Origin: Candidatus Omnitrophota bacterium
GTDB taxonomy: Bacteria; Omnitrophota; Gorgyraeia; Gygaellales; Profunditerraquicolaceae
Length of the DNA: 64,000 nucleotides
Reading direction: 5' to 3'
Assembly: GCA_016208765.1 (NCBI GenBank)
Contig: JACQXK010000038.1
Coordinates: forward strand, 14,955 to 78,954
Position 1 is the first letter of the stretch. Each line of letters opens with the position of its first letter. The notes under the pieces were generated by a model that searched no databases, was not told the origin of the DNA, and worked only from the letters and a program-made list of their open reading frames with translations. This document shows positions 38,003-47,450 of the stretch, piece after piece. Made by a program: the position numbers and the translations under genes.

Positions 38003-38203
38003 TTATTCGTTTCCGACCTGCGAGTCAACTGTTGTTTTTTCCGGCTCATAAACTTCTCCCTGCCCGAAGGTATCGGCAGTATCGCGGATCTTTGAGGTAA
38101 GGGCGTTCTTGATATATTGCCCCATAATGATAATTGCCGCGATAATTACCGCGAAGACAACGGCAAACTCAATAATGGACTGGGCTTTATTTTTCCTGGA
38201 CAT
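38003..38203 (-). CDS. Flp-like pilin
   Basis: MSRKNKA|QSIIEFAVVFAVIIAAIIIM prepilin N-terminus. Confidence 0.8.
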   Translation of the reverse strand: MSRKNKAQSIIEFAVVFAVIIAAIIIMGQYIKNALTSKIRDTADTFGQGEVYEPEKTTVDSQVGNE

Positions 38204-39029
38204 AAGACACCTGCACAAAAGAACCCTGGCCTTCCTGGCCATAGTTGTTATTAAACACAGAAACTTCCGCCTTACCGGAAGAAGATTTAAATTTTAATAT
38301 ATATCCTCCTTCTACCAATTGAGGAATTGTTATCCCGCTTAACGGCAGTTGCGGGGCATTCTTCATCGCAGGCAGCCTTTCTGCTTCACGATATGCTTCC
38401 TGCATATCTATAGGCTCTTCAGCTTCCCAACCCAAGGCCAGCATTTTATGCCGGTAAAAGTTCATCAAATCCTTGCTGGATTCTTTACTGGAATAAAATA
38501 TAAAGGTAAGCTGGTTGTTCTTATTGTAAAGAACCCTTATGCTTTCCGGAGGGCGGGGTATAAAATCAAGGTCCTCTCCGGCAACGTCTTCTTTGGGCAA
38601 ATACCCCTGCGCATTTTTCCAGTTGCGCAGCAATTCTTCCGGGCCGGGGGCGTTTTGCGGCTGGAGGTATTGCGCGATTACCACCTGATTTTTACCCTGC
38701 TTTGGGGTAATCACAATATTTACCACTAAATCTTCTTTTCTAAAACGCAGTAACCTGCCGATTTTTCCCGCCCTATCCTGCACAGGTTCAAATTTACTTT
38801 TCTTAAAATAATCTTCATAAAATTTATTAATGGTTTCTTCTTCAGCCTGCGACTCAAACAAGAATGACATGATTTTCATTCCCTCAAGCTGTGTTTGATG
38901 CGTATCCAACATAACACTTTGAGGAGGAACAGGAACAGACAGCTCATCCTGAGAAAAAACAGGGTCTGTAGCTGTAAATAATAAAAATAAACACACAGCT
39001 AAAAATCTAAAGACAGTTTTAATACGCAT
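38187..39029 (-). CDS. Secreted hypothetical protein in the pilin cluster
   Basis: Signal peptide; overlaps both neighbours; two similar halves (FYEDYF / FYRHKM). Confidence 0.8.
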   Translation of the reverse strand: MRIKTVFRFLAVCLFLLFTATDPVFSQDELSVPVPPQSVMLDTHQTQLEGMKIMSFLFESQAEEETINKFYEDYFKKSKFEPVQDRAGKIGRLLRFRKEDLVVNIVITPKQGKNQVVIAQYLQPQNAPGPEELLRNWKNAQGYLPKEDVAGEDLDFIPRPPESIRVLYNKNNQLTFIFYSSKESSKDLMNFYRHKMLALGWEAEEPIDMQEAYREAERLPAMKNAPQLPLSGITIPQLVEGGYILKFKSSSGKAEVSVFNNNYGQEGQGSFVQVSYVQEK

Positions 39030-40293
39030 GTGTCAATTTAGTCTCAAACAGGTGGCGCTCCGTATCAAAGAAGCTCCAGTCACTGCCCTTGCAGCCGAAA
39101 ATATTAGTGATCAACTGCCCGGGATTGAACTGCGGCCTGATTGTTTCTTCATCATCTAAATCCGTATGCTCCCTGAAGGCAACGCCAACCCCCGAAGCTG
39201 AAACTTCTCCGTACCTTAATTTCCAAACTCCCAGGTCTTTTGGCTTTTTGTAACGAGTAACCTTGACCACCAGCGGATTATCATCTGTCTGCGCTTTGGT
39301 GCGGTCTTTTAACTCCAGCCCGGCAAAGTCTATACCGGTAGGCATAAACTCTGTCATACCCTTTACAATTGCCTTAGTAGTCTCAATAATAAATCCAAAC
39401 CCAAGCCATTCTAAATACCAGGGAATACTTAAATTTCCTGTTATGAAATTTAAAAGGCAATTCAAGATTTCTGCTATCCAACTATAGAAATTAATCGCAT
39501 AAGTACCGGCGCCTGTAACCTGCACTTCTATCCAATTTTCATAATTCTTATAACTGTCTCCATTACTATAACTATTTCCTCCTCCTGATGACTTATCATT
39601 CCATCCATAACCGGAATTAACCTCAGCCTCGCTATAATCACCCGGCTCTACCTTGCCAAAGCTATCGCGCCAATAACCATTATGTATATCTTGCATAAAA
39701 TTAGAAAACCCGCTTCTGGCATACCTGACTGCGCTTCCTGTTTCACCTTTCATATATTCATCATAATATATGCGCAATTGATCGTTAGTCAACTTTTCAG
39801 GCGTTGTTTTGTACGCGTTGGATAAAAAGCTTTCAAAAGTAGGCTGAGGCTCTTCAACACTAATATTATTAAATGCGTATTGAACTGCGGTTTTCTTGGC
39901 ATTAGTCCAGCCCATATTTGAATCACCCATCGCATGTAACAATTCAATGAACATGTTAATAAAAAACGCTACGGCCAATATAATTACTATTACCCATCCT
40001 AAAACAGGTATGCATGCGGAAATAATTATTGGGATAATTACCTCTGTTGCCCTACCGGACATCATGTCGCTTTTTAAGCCAAGCCCAAGGAGCGTACTGC
40101 TTAACACGCTCGCGCCTGAAAGCGCACCCGCATCAGCGGCATTTGATACCTCAGTCTTAAATATGCCTAACTGCCCCAGATTAAGCGTGATCATTGCCAT
40201 TACCAAAAACACCGCGATGACGGCCACAAGAAAAGGAAACACCTGCCCCTTTTCATAATGGTTTTTATTCTGGGAGAATTCCTTAAATATCAT
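39019..40293 (-). CDS. TadG-like pseudopilin
   Basis: EKG|QVFPF, a TM helix, then NLGQ...VSNAADAGALSGA, the typical Tad N-terminal motif. Confidence 0.8.
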   Translation of the reverse strand: MIFKEFSQNKNHYEKGQVFPFLVAVIAVFLVMAMITLNLGQLGIFKTEVSNAADAGALSGASVLSSTLLGLGLKSDMMSGRATEVIIPIIISACIPVLGWVIVIILAVAFFINMFIELLHAMGDSNMGWTNAKKTAVQYAFNNISVEEPQPTFESFLSNAYKTTPEKLTNDQLRIYYDEYMKGETGSAVRYARSGFSNFMQDIHNGYWRDSFGKVEPGDYSEAEVNSGYGWNDKSSGGGNSYSNGDSYKNYENWIEVQVTGAGTYAINFYSWIAEILNCLLNFITGNLSIPWYLEWLGFGFIIETTKAIVKGMTEFMPTGIDFAGLELKDRTKAQTDDNPLVVKVTRYKKPKDLGVWKLRYGEVSASGVGVAFREHTDLDDEETIRPQFNPGQLITNIFGCKGSDWSFFDTERHLFETKLTHAY

Positions 40294-40329
40294 TTCAAGA
40301 CCTCTTCTTAGGCACTTAACCTATAGCGC

Positions 40330-42084
40330 TTATTGAGCAATAGGAGTTAAAGCCTGAATACACGCTGCGCGCTCAGCCTGTGTCGGCTTCAGGCAACATT
40401 TTCTATATTCTTCTTTTTGGTTAACAACTTTCTTGCCGGCCTCTTCAATTATATTTGCGCTTCTATACGACAAAAGGTATCCTAACATATAGTCTGCACC
40501 GACGAAAAATGGGTCTCCGGGGGGACAGGGTTGATACAGCCATTGCCAATCGCACCATTGATGGCATTGTGCTTCTGAATTAAATATGGGAGATGCGCCA
40601 AGAGCGGCGAAACACCACCGAAAACCAAACCAAGGATCTTCTATCCAGATTTTGCACCATTGATACCTGCCCCCGCCAACTTCTTTACAATTTTGTTTCG
40701 GATGATTTGCCCTCCACGGGATTGCGCATTGCGCTTCGGTAAAATTCTCATCTTGCCTGCCATCATTACAAAAGTCACAGGCCATGCCGCTGTTTTCTGC
40801 TGCGCAATTCAGGCATTTAGCCCTGTTTCCCGCGGCGAGCGCCCCGCATCTTTGACAGGAAACAATGTAAGCATTACAAGCTGCTGCATTACATCCGGCT
40901 TCAAATCCGGAAAAACAAGTTTTACAAGATACGGGGCTATTTGCACAAGTTTTACAATCATTATTCAACTGAACCTTGTTACAGTTTAAATCACTGCCGC
41001 AGTAAGTTGAAATCGCCCCGTCAAACGCAGCTGAAGATTGGGCGCCGCAAACACATTGGCCAAAGCACCCGCAATTAACGTTAAAAGTATTAACAGTTAA
41101 ACCGCATCCTTCTTTGCCCAAACAAGATTGTTTACAATCTTCACCGGGCTCAAAAGGAGTAATGCTATAAATCCTTTTATTTATGGAATCCTCGCATGCC
41201 TGTCGCAGCCCCTGATCAACAATGTGTGAGCACATACATTGGGCCTGTTCTTCAACCGACCGATAGCTGCTGCAACGGCACTCAAGCTGCTTCTGCGGGT
41301 TATCCTCTTTCACATTACAAAAACATCTTTGCTGATCCGCAAAAGTTGCCTGGCTGCAACAACCGACCATGCCGTCTCTTTTCTGTTTAAGTTTGGCGCC
41401 TTCAGTTTCAAACTTAGAGGCCAGATCCCAAAGCTTGTGTGCTGCCTTTTTCAATTCACTGGCGGTTTTACCCCAATTACCCCACCAACAGATTTCCCAC
41501 GGGTCATCGCATTGGCTTGCCTTATCCCACATACTATTGGCGTTTCGCCAAAAATTACAGGCCATCCCGTCTCCGCAGCGATTTCCCCCGATTTTTCCGC
41601 AATCCTCATTCTGCCCGCAATATTGTTTCACCTGATTAGTCAGGGCATTTACCATCGGCTGAACCCTTGACAGACAGATACAACGGGTATAACAAGGACA
41701 CTCCTTATTAAATTTTCCATCTTTATCAAAACAGGCTTGATCATTATTACATTGCTCAAGGCACTCTGAGGGGCTGAACCCGCCGCCCTCAAATAAACCT
41801 TTACTCCAGGCATCAACCTGTTGCCCGGGTTCTCCCTTAAAGACCCACTCCTCGGTTAATTCCAAAGGCCTAAAAGGCACAACACTAACAAGATCTGTTT
41901 TTTGTTCCTGAACGGCAGGTGTCCCTGCCTGAAGGCGGGTTTTTTGATAGATGACATCGCGCGCGGCATAATTGGCATTAAACCAAACCATGACCCTCGC
42001 TATGCCGATTACCAAAATAAGAATGCCGACAAAAGTAAAAACAAAATCCAGTATTGACTGGGATTTCTTTTTATTCATTGGCAT
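40330..42084 (-). CDS. Cysteine-rich pseudopilin-like protein
   Basis: KKS|QSILDF plus a TM helix; about 53 Cys by hand count. Confidence 0.8.
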   Translation of the reverse strand: MPMNKKKSQSILDFVFTFVGILILVIGIARVMVWFNANYAARDVIYQKTRLQAGTPAVQEQKTDLVSVVPFRPLELTEEWVFKGEPGQQVDAWSKGLFEGGGFSPSECLEQCNNDQACFDKDGKFNKECPCYTRCICLSRVQPMVNALTNQVKQYCGQNEDCGKIGGNRCGDGMACNFWRNANSMWDKASQCDDPWEICWWGNWGKTASELKKAAHKLWDLASKFETEGAKLKQKRDGMVGCCSQATFADQQRCFCNVKEDNPQKQLECRCSSYRSVEEQAQCMCSHIVDQGLRQACEDSINKRIYSITPFEPGEDCKQSCLGKEGCGLTVNTFNVNCGCFGQCVCGAQSSAAFDGAISTYCGSDLNCNKVQLNNDCKTCANSPVSCKTCFSGFEAGCNAAACNAYIVSCQRCGALAAGNRAKCLNCAAENSGMACDFCNDGRQDENFTEAQCAIPWRANHPKQNCKEVGGGRYQWCKIWIEDPWFGFRWCFAALGASPIFNSEAQCHQWCDWQWLYQPCPPGDPFFVGADYMLGYLLSYRSANIIEEAGKKVVNQKEEYRKCCLKPTQAERAACIQALTPIAQ

Positions 42085-42110
42085 GAAAACATTATGAACA
42101 TGAAGTTGTT

Positions 42111-42176
42111 GTCATGCCCGCGGACGCGGGCATCCAGACGTTCCAATGGCTGGATTCCCGCATTCGCGGGAATGAC
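42111..42176. repeat. REP/dRS3-like palindromic element
   Basis: GTCATGCCCGCGGACGCGGGCATCCAG...CTGGATTCCCGCATTCGCGGGAATGAC. Confidence 0.85.
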
Positions 42177-42183
42177 GGTTAAG

Positions 42184-43008
42184 TTATTCCAAAGATGTTT
42201 CCCAAGTCTTCTGCCTGACAATTTTATTATCTACTTTGTCTTTGCTGTATTCCGCGGTAGTGCGGACCAAACGCCCGGTATCCGGGTCTCTCTCTTCTTT
42301 GCTGGATACGCCAAAACTATAAGCTGCAGGCTGAGCATTATATTCATACTCAGGAAGCTTTCCTTGCTCCCATGGTTGCTTATCATCCCACGGCTCTTCA
42401 TCTACAGCCTTATCAAAACGGGTATAAATCTTAGTTTCAATATTACTTGTCAGCTCGGATTTTTTACTGGTTCTAATCCCGTTACCAGCAGGAAGATTTT
42501 CCTCCCGCTTGGCATACGAATCATATTTCTCAACAACGCGTCTTTCTTCCTTCCAAATACTCTCCGGAGCTGTAATCTCGCGTTTGCTGCCGTCAAATCC
42601 TACAACTTCTTTCTTCTTACGGGCAAGGCCGGTATCAGCATTACCGAGCGGCTGGCCGTTGATTTCATAAAACGCGTAGGAAGCATCATTGTCAACACCC
42701 TGCGGCCCCGGCATTCCCTTTTGCCACATCAGGCTTGCTGATGCTCCTATTGTTGAAGGCTGCCCCTGGCCAAAACCACCTAAAAGATTAAAAAAACGTG
42801 CGTCCTTTTTTATTGTATATGAAACCGTGCCGTTTTTTTCGTAGGCTTTTTGCATTGCTATGCGAAAGGCGTCCATTTTAAGCTTCTGCTGCATTTCAAG
42901 CCTCTGGCCGAAACTTAATAAAAGCGAAGCGCCTAACAGCATCATGCTGCTAAGCACCGCTAATTCCACTACTGACTGTGCCTTCGCATTGCGAGAATAT
43001 ATTTTCAT
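42184..43008 (-). CDS. TadE-like pseudopilin
   Basis: AKA|QSVVELAVL plus a TM helix. Confidence 0.75.
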   Translation of the reverse strand: MKIYSRNAKAQSVVELAVLSSMMLLGASLLLSFGQRLEMQQKLKMDAFRIAMQKAYEKNGTVSYTIKKDARFFNLLGGFGQGQPSTIGASASLMWQKGMPGPQGVDNDASYAFYEINGQPLGNADTGLARKKKEVVGFDGSKREITAPESIWKEERRVVEKYDSYAKREENLPAGNGIRTSKKSELTSNIETKIYTRFDKAVDEEPWDDKQPWEQGKLPEYEYNAQPAAYSFGVSSKEERDPDTGRLVRTTAEYSKDKVDNKIVRQKTWETSLE

Positions 43009-43050
43009 TTTAATTTATATCTCTTGCCGGGTCAACTATTATTTAAATAC

Positions 43051-43524
43051 TTACCCTCCTAATTTGTCATTAACATCGCTGCTTAAATTATTGCGCAGAG
43101 CGTCTACCTCATCCCCAAGATCTTTCTTCGCAGGAAGAGCGTGATTATCTACAGAATATGCTCTGAGCGCTGAACGAAAATCTTCTCCAACAGCAACGCT
43201 CAGGCTATGCTCAGTGTTTCCGACTGAGGAAGAAAAGCTGATATTCCGAGGAGAAGATGTCTCGGTTAATTGCGTATCCTGCTTATTCTGGCTCACAGAT
43301 TTAGTTACCACAGAATCATCGCCTTTATACTGCTGAGTGTCCTGCCCCCACCTGCCCCAGAAACAATAATCCGCGCTTGCTGCGACTTTTGCGCGCAGAG
43401 AGCGGGAAACTATCTTCTGGGTAAAAAGCCAACCCATTGACAATACCGCCAAAACCGCTACCCACATACTAAGGCTTTGGCCGCAACGGCTGTTAAATAA
43501 CTTATTTTTCGTCAGCAAAGGCAT
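43051..43524 (-). CDS. Pilin-like protein
   Basis: RCG|QSLSMWVAVLAVL lacks Glu+5. The ATG at 43524 has a purine-rich RBS. Confidence 0.65.
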   Translation of the reverse strand: MPLLTKNKLFNSRCGQSLSMWVAVLAVLSMGWLFTQKIVSRSLRAKVAASADYCFWGRWGQDTQQYKGDDSVVTKSVSQNKQDTQLTETSSPRNISFSSSVGNTEHSLSVAVGEDFRSALRAYSVDNHALPAKKDLGDEVDALRNNLSSDVNDKLGG

Positions 43525-43834
43525 CCACCCCCTCTGTCTTACTAAAAGCATTGGTGGTTTGGCTCTGAGTTACAGTCATCCCAAGAGGAATATTATCGCT
43601 CTCAACACCGGTCCTGGAATCAGAATAGGTAGAGGTTTTTGTAATTGTGGTAGAGGCAGTATGCCCGGGGGAATATTGCATCCCGACTTCATCTACCTCT
43701 CTTTTGATCCTGCCCTCATAACACCTCTTTACATAAAACTGCATGATCATCAGTGCGCTGAGGATCAGGCAGAACAATACCGTATATTCTACAATGCTCT
43801 GCCCGATCTTAGACTTTTTCAATGCGCGAAACAT
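43502..43834 (-). CDS. Flp-like pilin
   Basis: IG|QSIVEY plus a TM helix and MQFYVKR. Confidence 0.85.
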   Translation of the reverse strand: MFRALKKSKIGQSIVEYTVLFCLILSALMIMQFYVKRCYEGRIKREVDEVGMQYSPGHTASTTITKTSTYSDSRTGVESDNIPLGMTVTQSQTTNAFSKTEGVDAFADEK

Positions 43835-43860
43835 AACTCAGCCTCCTGATAAAAACGATA

Positions 43861-44310
43861 TTACTTGGCGTATTCGCCCGATAAATCTTCTGCGTTTTCC
43901 GCAGTATATTCAGACCAACGAGTCTTTTCCTGGTTAGCTGAATCAGTTGAAGACTTCGTAGCCATTGTCATTTCTCCGCCTGTCCTCTGATTAACAGAAT
44001 AAGTATCCTTCTCCAAAGTATTGACTGACGCATCTATTCCTTCGGGAAGAAAATCTCCGATCGCACCAGTTGTAGCAGAAGCATCAACTATTTCCTGAGG
44101 GCTATTCATTGTCCTTTTATTAAGGACAGTGGTCCCTCCTGCAGAAAACTGCTCGCCCATTTTATCCGCAGATTCCTTAAGGTTACCCTGGAACCCTCTT
44201 TTTACAAACACCTGCATGATCAAAACTGCAGCCACGACCACACCCAACAAAACTGCATATTCAAGTATTGACTGACCTCTATTACGTTTATTAAACATCT
44301 TACCAATCAC
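43861..44310 (-). CDS. Flp-like pilin
   Basis: RG|QSILEY plus a TM helix and MQVFVKRGFQG. Confidence 0.85.
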   Translation of the reverse strand: MIGKMFNKRNRGQSILEYAVLLGVVVAAVLIMQVFVKRGFQGNLKESADKMGEQFSAGGTTVLNKRTMNSPQEIVDASATTGAIGDFLPEGIDASVNTLEKDTYSVNQRTGGEMTMATKSSTDSANQEKTRWSEYTAENAEDLSGEYAK

Positions 44311-44326
44311 CTCCCTTTAAATAAAG

Positions 44327-44704
44327 TTATTCTGCCGCATCCAGAGTTTCAATGCTGACTGCGCTGGTTGTAGTAGTCTGGCTCTGTTCACGATCTTCCT
44401 TGCCGCCTTTATGCAGAATGCTCTTGTCTACAAAAGTCTTATCATCAACGGTTGTTTTACGCAAATCCTGGGTATACAAAGATTGATCGCTACCTGAAGT
44501 GCTGTAGCTGGACAAATCAAAATCTGAATCGTTCGCCTTATCTTCTTTTCCCCCGGCTTGCTGCAAGAAATTCAATGACTGCGTGCTCTTATCGCGTATG
44601 CCGCCTTTTAAGGCCACAGACAAAAATCCTGCCGCAACTGCCACCACCAATCCTAATGTAATCGCGTATTCTGCTGTTGATTGCGCTCTTTTACTTAAAA
44701 ACAT
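44327..44704 (-). CDS. Flp-like pilin
   Basis: RA|QSTAEY plus a TM helix; AGGAGGTGA RBS. Confidence 0.85.
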   Translation of the reverse strand: MFLSKRAQSTAEYAITLGLVVAVAAGFLSVALKGGIRDKSTQSLNFLQQAGGKEDKANDSDFDLSSYSTSGSDQSLYTQDLRKTTVDDKTFVDKSILHKGGKEDREQSQTTTTSAVSIETLDAAE

Positions 44705-44727
44705 TTTTGCTCACCTCCTCTTAAATT

Positions 44728-44916
44728 TTATTCTTTAAATATACCTGTTGTTAAATCATTGGTCGTGTTTTGAATGGCATCTCCCGCCTTATCATATGCG
44801 CCCTTTATTTTCGTTTTAACTCCTCCGAACAACGCCACAACAATTACAGTGATCACCGCGCCCAATAACAGAGTGTATTCCAAGATGCTCTGGCCTTTCT
44901 TAAAATCACGTCTCAT
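44728..44916 (-). CDS. Flp pilin (62 aa, major pilin candidate)
   Basis: MRRDFKKG|QSILEY with an AAGGAGGTGA RBS before ATG 44916. Confidence 0.85.
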   Translation of the reverse strand: MRRDFKKGQSILEYTLLLGAVITVIVVALFGGVKTKIKGAYDKAGDAIQNTTNDLTTGIFKE

Positions 44917-45111
44917 TTTCTCACCTCCTTCACAATAAGTGAACACTTGCCTATCCAATAAGGCAAGGTGCCTTTTTATTTTAATTCGTCCTGAATCTGT
45001 TTAATTCTTGCGTTCATTGAACGATATACATAACGCTGCGTAATTAACAGTGCCCCGGCCACTACGGTAAACAATAAAACAAACTCAATAATACTTTGTG
45101 CTCTTTTATTC

Positions 45112-45291
45112 CTAATCAACTTGCACCCCCATAAATGCTGCTATGGTCTGAAAATGATTCTCAAACACATTATTCTTTGTTTTTAGAAGAAAATCAGTGC
45201 TTACTAAGGCAATCACAGCTACTGCTGCCAAAAGCAGATATTCTACGAAAGATTGTCCAATCTGGTTTCTTAAAGACTTTTTAAATTTCAT
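45112..45291 (-). CDS. Flp pilin (59 aa)
   Basis: MKFKKSLRNQIG|QSFVEY with an AAGGAG RBS. The track's longer start lies within the riboswitch. Confidence 0.8.
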   Translation of the reverse strand: MKFKKSLRNQIGQSFVEYLLLAAVAVIALVSTDFLLKTKNNVFENHFQTIAAFMGVQVD

Positions 45292-45307
45292 TAGTATCTC
45301 CTTAAAT

Positions 45308-45473
45308 AAAAAACCGACGTCTCTTTTACTTTCAAAGAAACCTCGGCTTTCGGTAACCCGGCTAATGCTCTCGCTCTTGACCTTAAAGCTTAAAGCAATG
45401 AAGACAAATCTTGCGAGCGTCATCCCGTGGCTTTGCGCATCCACCCCTCCAAGAGTGGAATTGCCTTTTCGTT
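45308..45473 (-). ncRNA. GEMM-I / c-di-GMP-I riboswitch (G20) with long P3 and a downstream terminator
   Basis: GAAAAGGCAATTCCAC...GTGGATGCGCAAAGCCACGGG...TAGCCGGGTTACCG, followed by CCGAGGTTTCTTT...AAAGAGACGTCGG-TTTTTT. Confidence 0.8.
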
Positions 45474-45495
45474 GCCGCCCTTCAACTACATCATA

Positions 45496-45524
45496 AATAT
45501 AACATGCACAAACATGGGTGTCAA
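45496..45524 (-). promoter_or_regulatory. sigma70 promoter for the pilin array
   Basis: TTGACA-17 nt-TATATT. Confidence 0.8.
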
Positions 45525-45555
45525 GGACATTTCAGCTCAAACAGGAAAGCGCTTT

Positions 45556-47370
45556 CTAAACCTGAAACCAAATTGACTTGTTGTCACAAGACTTAATCTC
45601 ACGCTCATTTAACCTCAGGCAGGCGTATTTGAGCTCCCTTAAATAGCGAAAACCCTGCGCAGGCTTAAAAATATAAATTAAATCATTGCCTTTGTGCTCA
45701 ACATGCACTTCCATGGAGTAAAACTGCTCTTTTACCGTCGGAAAATCAATATTTTCCGCGCCGGCAGGAAAAAAATACCTTTTAAAATATGCGTCTAATG
45801 CCAAAAGATACTGATTAAACAAGGTTAATGTGTCACTCTTCACATATTGCTGCAGGCTTAATGATTCTGCAGAAAAACCCTGCTGCGAACTTGCCGTGTA
45901 AGTAAAAAATTCTATTTTACGCTGAAAGTCCTGCAGGCCTTCTTCAAAATTTGGCCAATGCTCCAGATAAAGCACAGCCAGATCTTCAATTTTAATCTCT
46001 TCCGGAGCAATATTTGAAAGAATAAAAAGGCGAGGCTTATCCGAGAGGGAGTTTTGTAAAACGCACCCTCTTAATGTAACATTATGCGTTGCATGTGGTT
46101 GCGATAGGCTGACTTCAATTGGAGCAAGAAAATATTCCTTATTTAGGGTGCTAAAATAATATGGCCTAAATTCCCCTGTTTTCTTTATCTTTCTATAACC
46201 ACTGTATTGCCAAGGCCATAGCGCAAGAATAAGCCTTCTTTTTTGCGGTTTCATGGTGAAGATCTCCAGCTCATCCAAACGGTTGCCATAAAAAGTTAAT
46301 GAGCGGATTTGCTTTTGCTGGTTTTCTAAAGCCAAAAGAAAATTCAAGAATTCAACTGGTAAATCTTCCCCTCCAGGGCAAGAATAAAAAACAAGCGGCT
46401 CATTTTCAAAGAAATGCCTGTTTATGTAATTCTTTGCAGCCAAAAGAGTTGTGCCAAAATCATAAGGCACATATGCTGCCGACCAAACTGTGCGTAACTG
46501 CCCGTCTAAATACAGGCTCTGCCCGTCTGAAAGCACAACCTTGATACAACGCACAGGCTCAAAGGTATTAACGATCGTACGAAACACATCTATATTAATT
46601 TCTTTAACCGTTTGGATACTATCAAGATATGCGTTAATTTCCTCCTGGGAGAATTGCTTTCCGGTTAGATTTGCTGCTAAAGAAAGCCTTTCATAAGATA
46701 AATTTGCCAAACCTTCTAATTGCAAGTAAATTACGCTTTCAGTAATTAGCGAAAAATCACCTGAGACAAGTTTTATCCTGCGCTTGATCACCTCGGCAAT
46801 ATGTTTAGAGCCTTGCAGGAGATAATCCATGGCTTTCAACAAGATCAAACCATTCAACAGGATTTCTTTTTGCGGTTTTATTTCAGGCAGCACCTCTGGT
46901 ATTTCTGCCACGGGGGTTTGCTCAGTAACAGATTCTCCGACGGGAATCTTTTCTTTTTCACCGGTTATCTCTATGGGCAGGTTTATTTCTTCAACAGGCT
47001 TTAAAGGTACAGCTGCTTCGGGCATAATTACTGTTTCTTCTGGTTTTGCCTGCGCAGCAACCGGCATGATTTCTATTGCCGGCTCGGCTTTTACTTCATC
47101 GGGCTGTTTCAAAATGCCTTTTAAGTCATCCTGAGAGAGGGCATTGGCCGGCCGAAGGATCTTAACTCTGCGGCGCTTACAAGGCCTTCCTACCGGCATG
47201 CTTAAGCTGGCATTCTTAATGATAAAATTAATACTTGATTTGGAAAGCTTAATATTAAATTTGTGCTGAACCAAAGAGGTGAGGCCACGGCAGCTCAGAG
47301 AATGATCATTCTTTTTTTCCTCTAAGACGAAGCTGATTACCTCTGATTTAATTTTGTAGATTACGCCCAT
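45556..47370 (-). CDS. HTH-containing protein with a degenerate DDE-transposase-like body
   Basis: N-terminal helical HTH-like segment ending in GRP, a Pro/Glu linker, LYLDGQ, and FILSN...DLAVLYLEHWPNFEEG, which resembles the Y-x2-RW-x2-E signature. The CDS is secure; the family call is tentative. Confidence 0.6.
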   Translation of the reverse strand: MGVIYKIKSEVISFVLEEKKNDHSLSCRGLTSLVQHKFNIKLSKSSINFIIKNASLSMPVGRPCKRRRVKILRPANALSQDDLKGILKQPDEVKAEPAIEIMPVAAQAKPEETVIMPEAAVPLKPVEEINLPIEITGEKEKIPVGESVTEQTPVAEIPEVLPEIKPQKEILLNGLILLKAMDYLLQGSKHIAEVIKRRIKLVSGDFSLITESVIYLQLEGLANLSYERLSLAANLTGKQFSQEEINAYLDSIQTVKEINIDVFRTIVNTFEPVRCIKVVLSDGQSLYLDGQLRTVWSAAYVPYDFGTTLLAAKNYINRHFFENEPLVFYSCPGGEDLPVEFLNFLLALENQQKQIRSLTFYGNRLDELEIFTMKPQKRRLILALWPWQYSGYRKIKKTGEFRPYYFSTLNKEYFLAPIEVSLSQPHATHNVTLRGCVLQNSLSDKPRLFILSNIAPEEIKIEDLAVLYLEHWPNFEEGLQDFQRKIEFFTYTASSQQGFSAESLSLQQYVKSDTLTLFNQYLLALDAYFKRYFFPAGAENIDFPTVKEQFYSMEVHVEHKGNDLIYIFKPAQGFRYLRELKYACLRLNEREIKSCDNKSIWFQV

Positions 47371-47379
47371 GCTCTCTCC

Positions 47380-47450
47380 AGATTGGACATTTCCTCTACA
47401 ATATTACCATTTTTATGCGGCGTGTCAAGCTCTTTATAGATTGGACATTT
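47380..47450 (-). promoter_or_regulatory. sigma70 promoter bracketed by two direct AGATTGGACATTT copies
   Basis: TTGACA at 47423-47428 and TGG-TAATAT at 47401-47409; motif copies start at 47380 and 47438. Confidence 0.65.

Noticed and set aside
40330-42084. Multiheme cytochrome
   Set aside because: Many CxxC motifs are present but no CxxCH.
45292-45444. N-terminal extension of the first pilin as given by the track
   Set aside because: It overlaps the riboswitch and terminator; the RBS supports ATG 45291.
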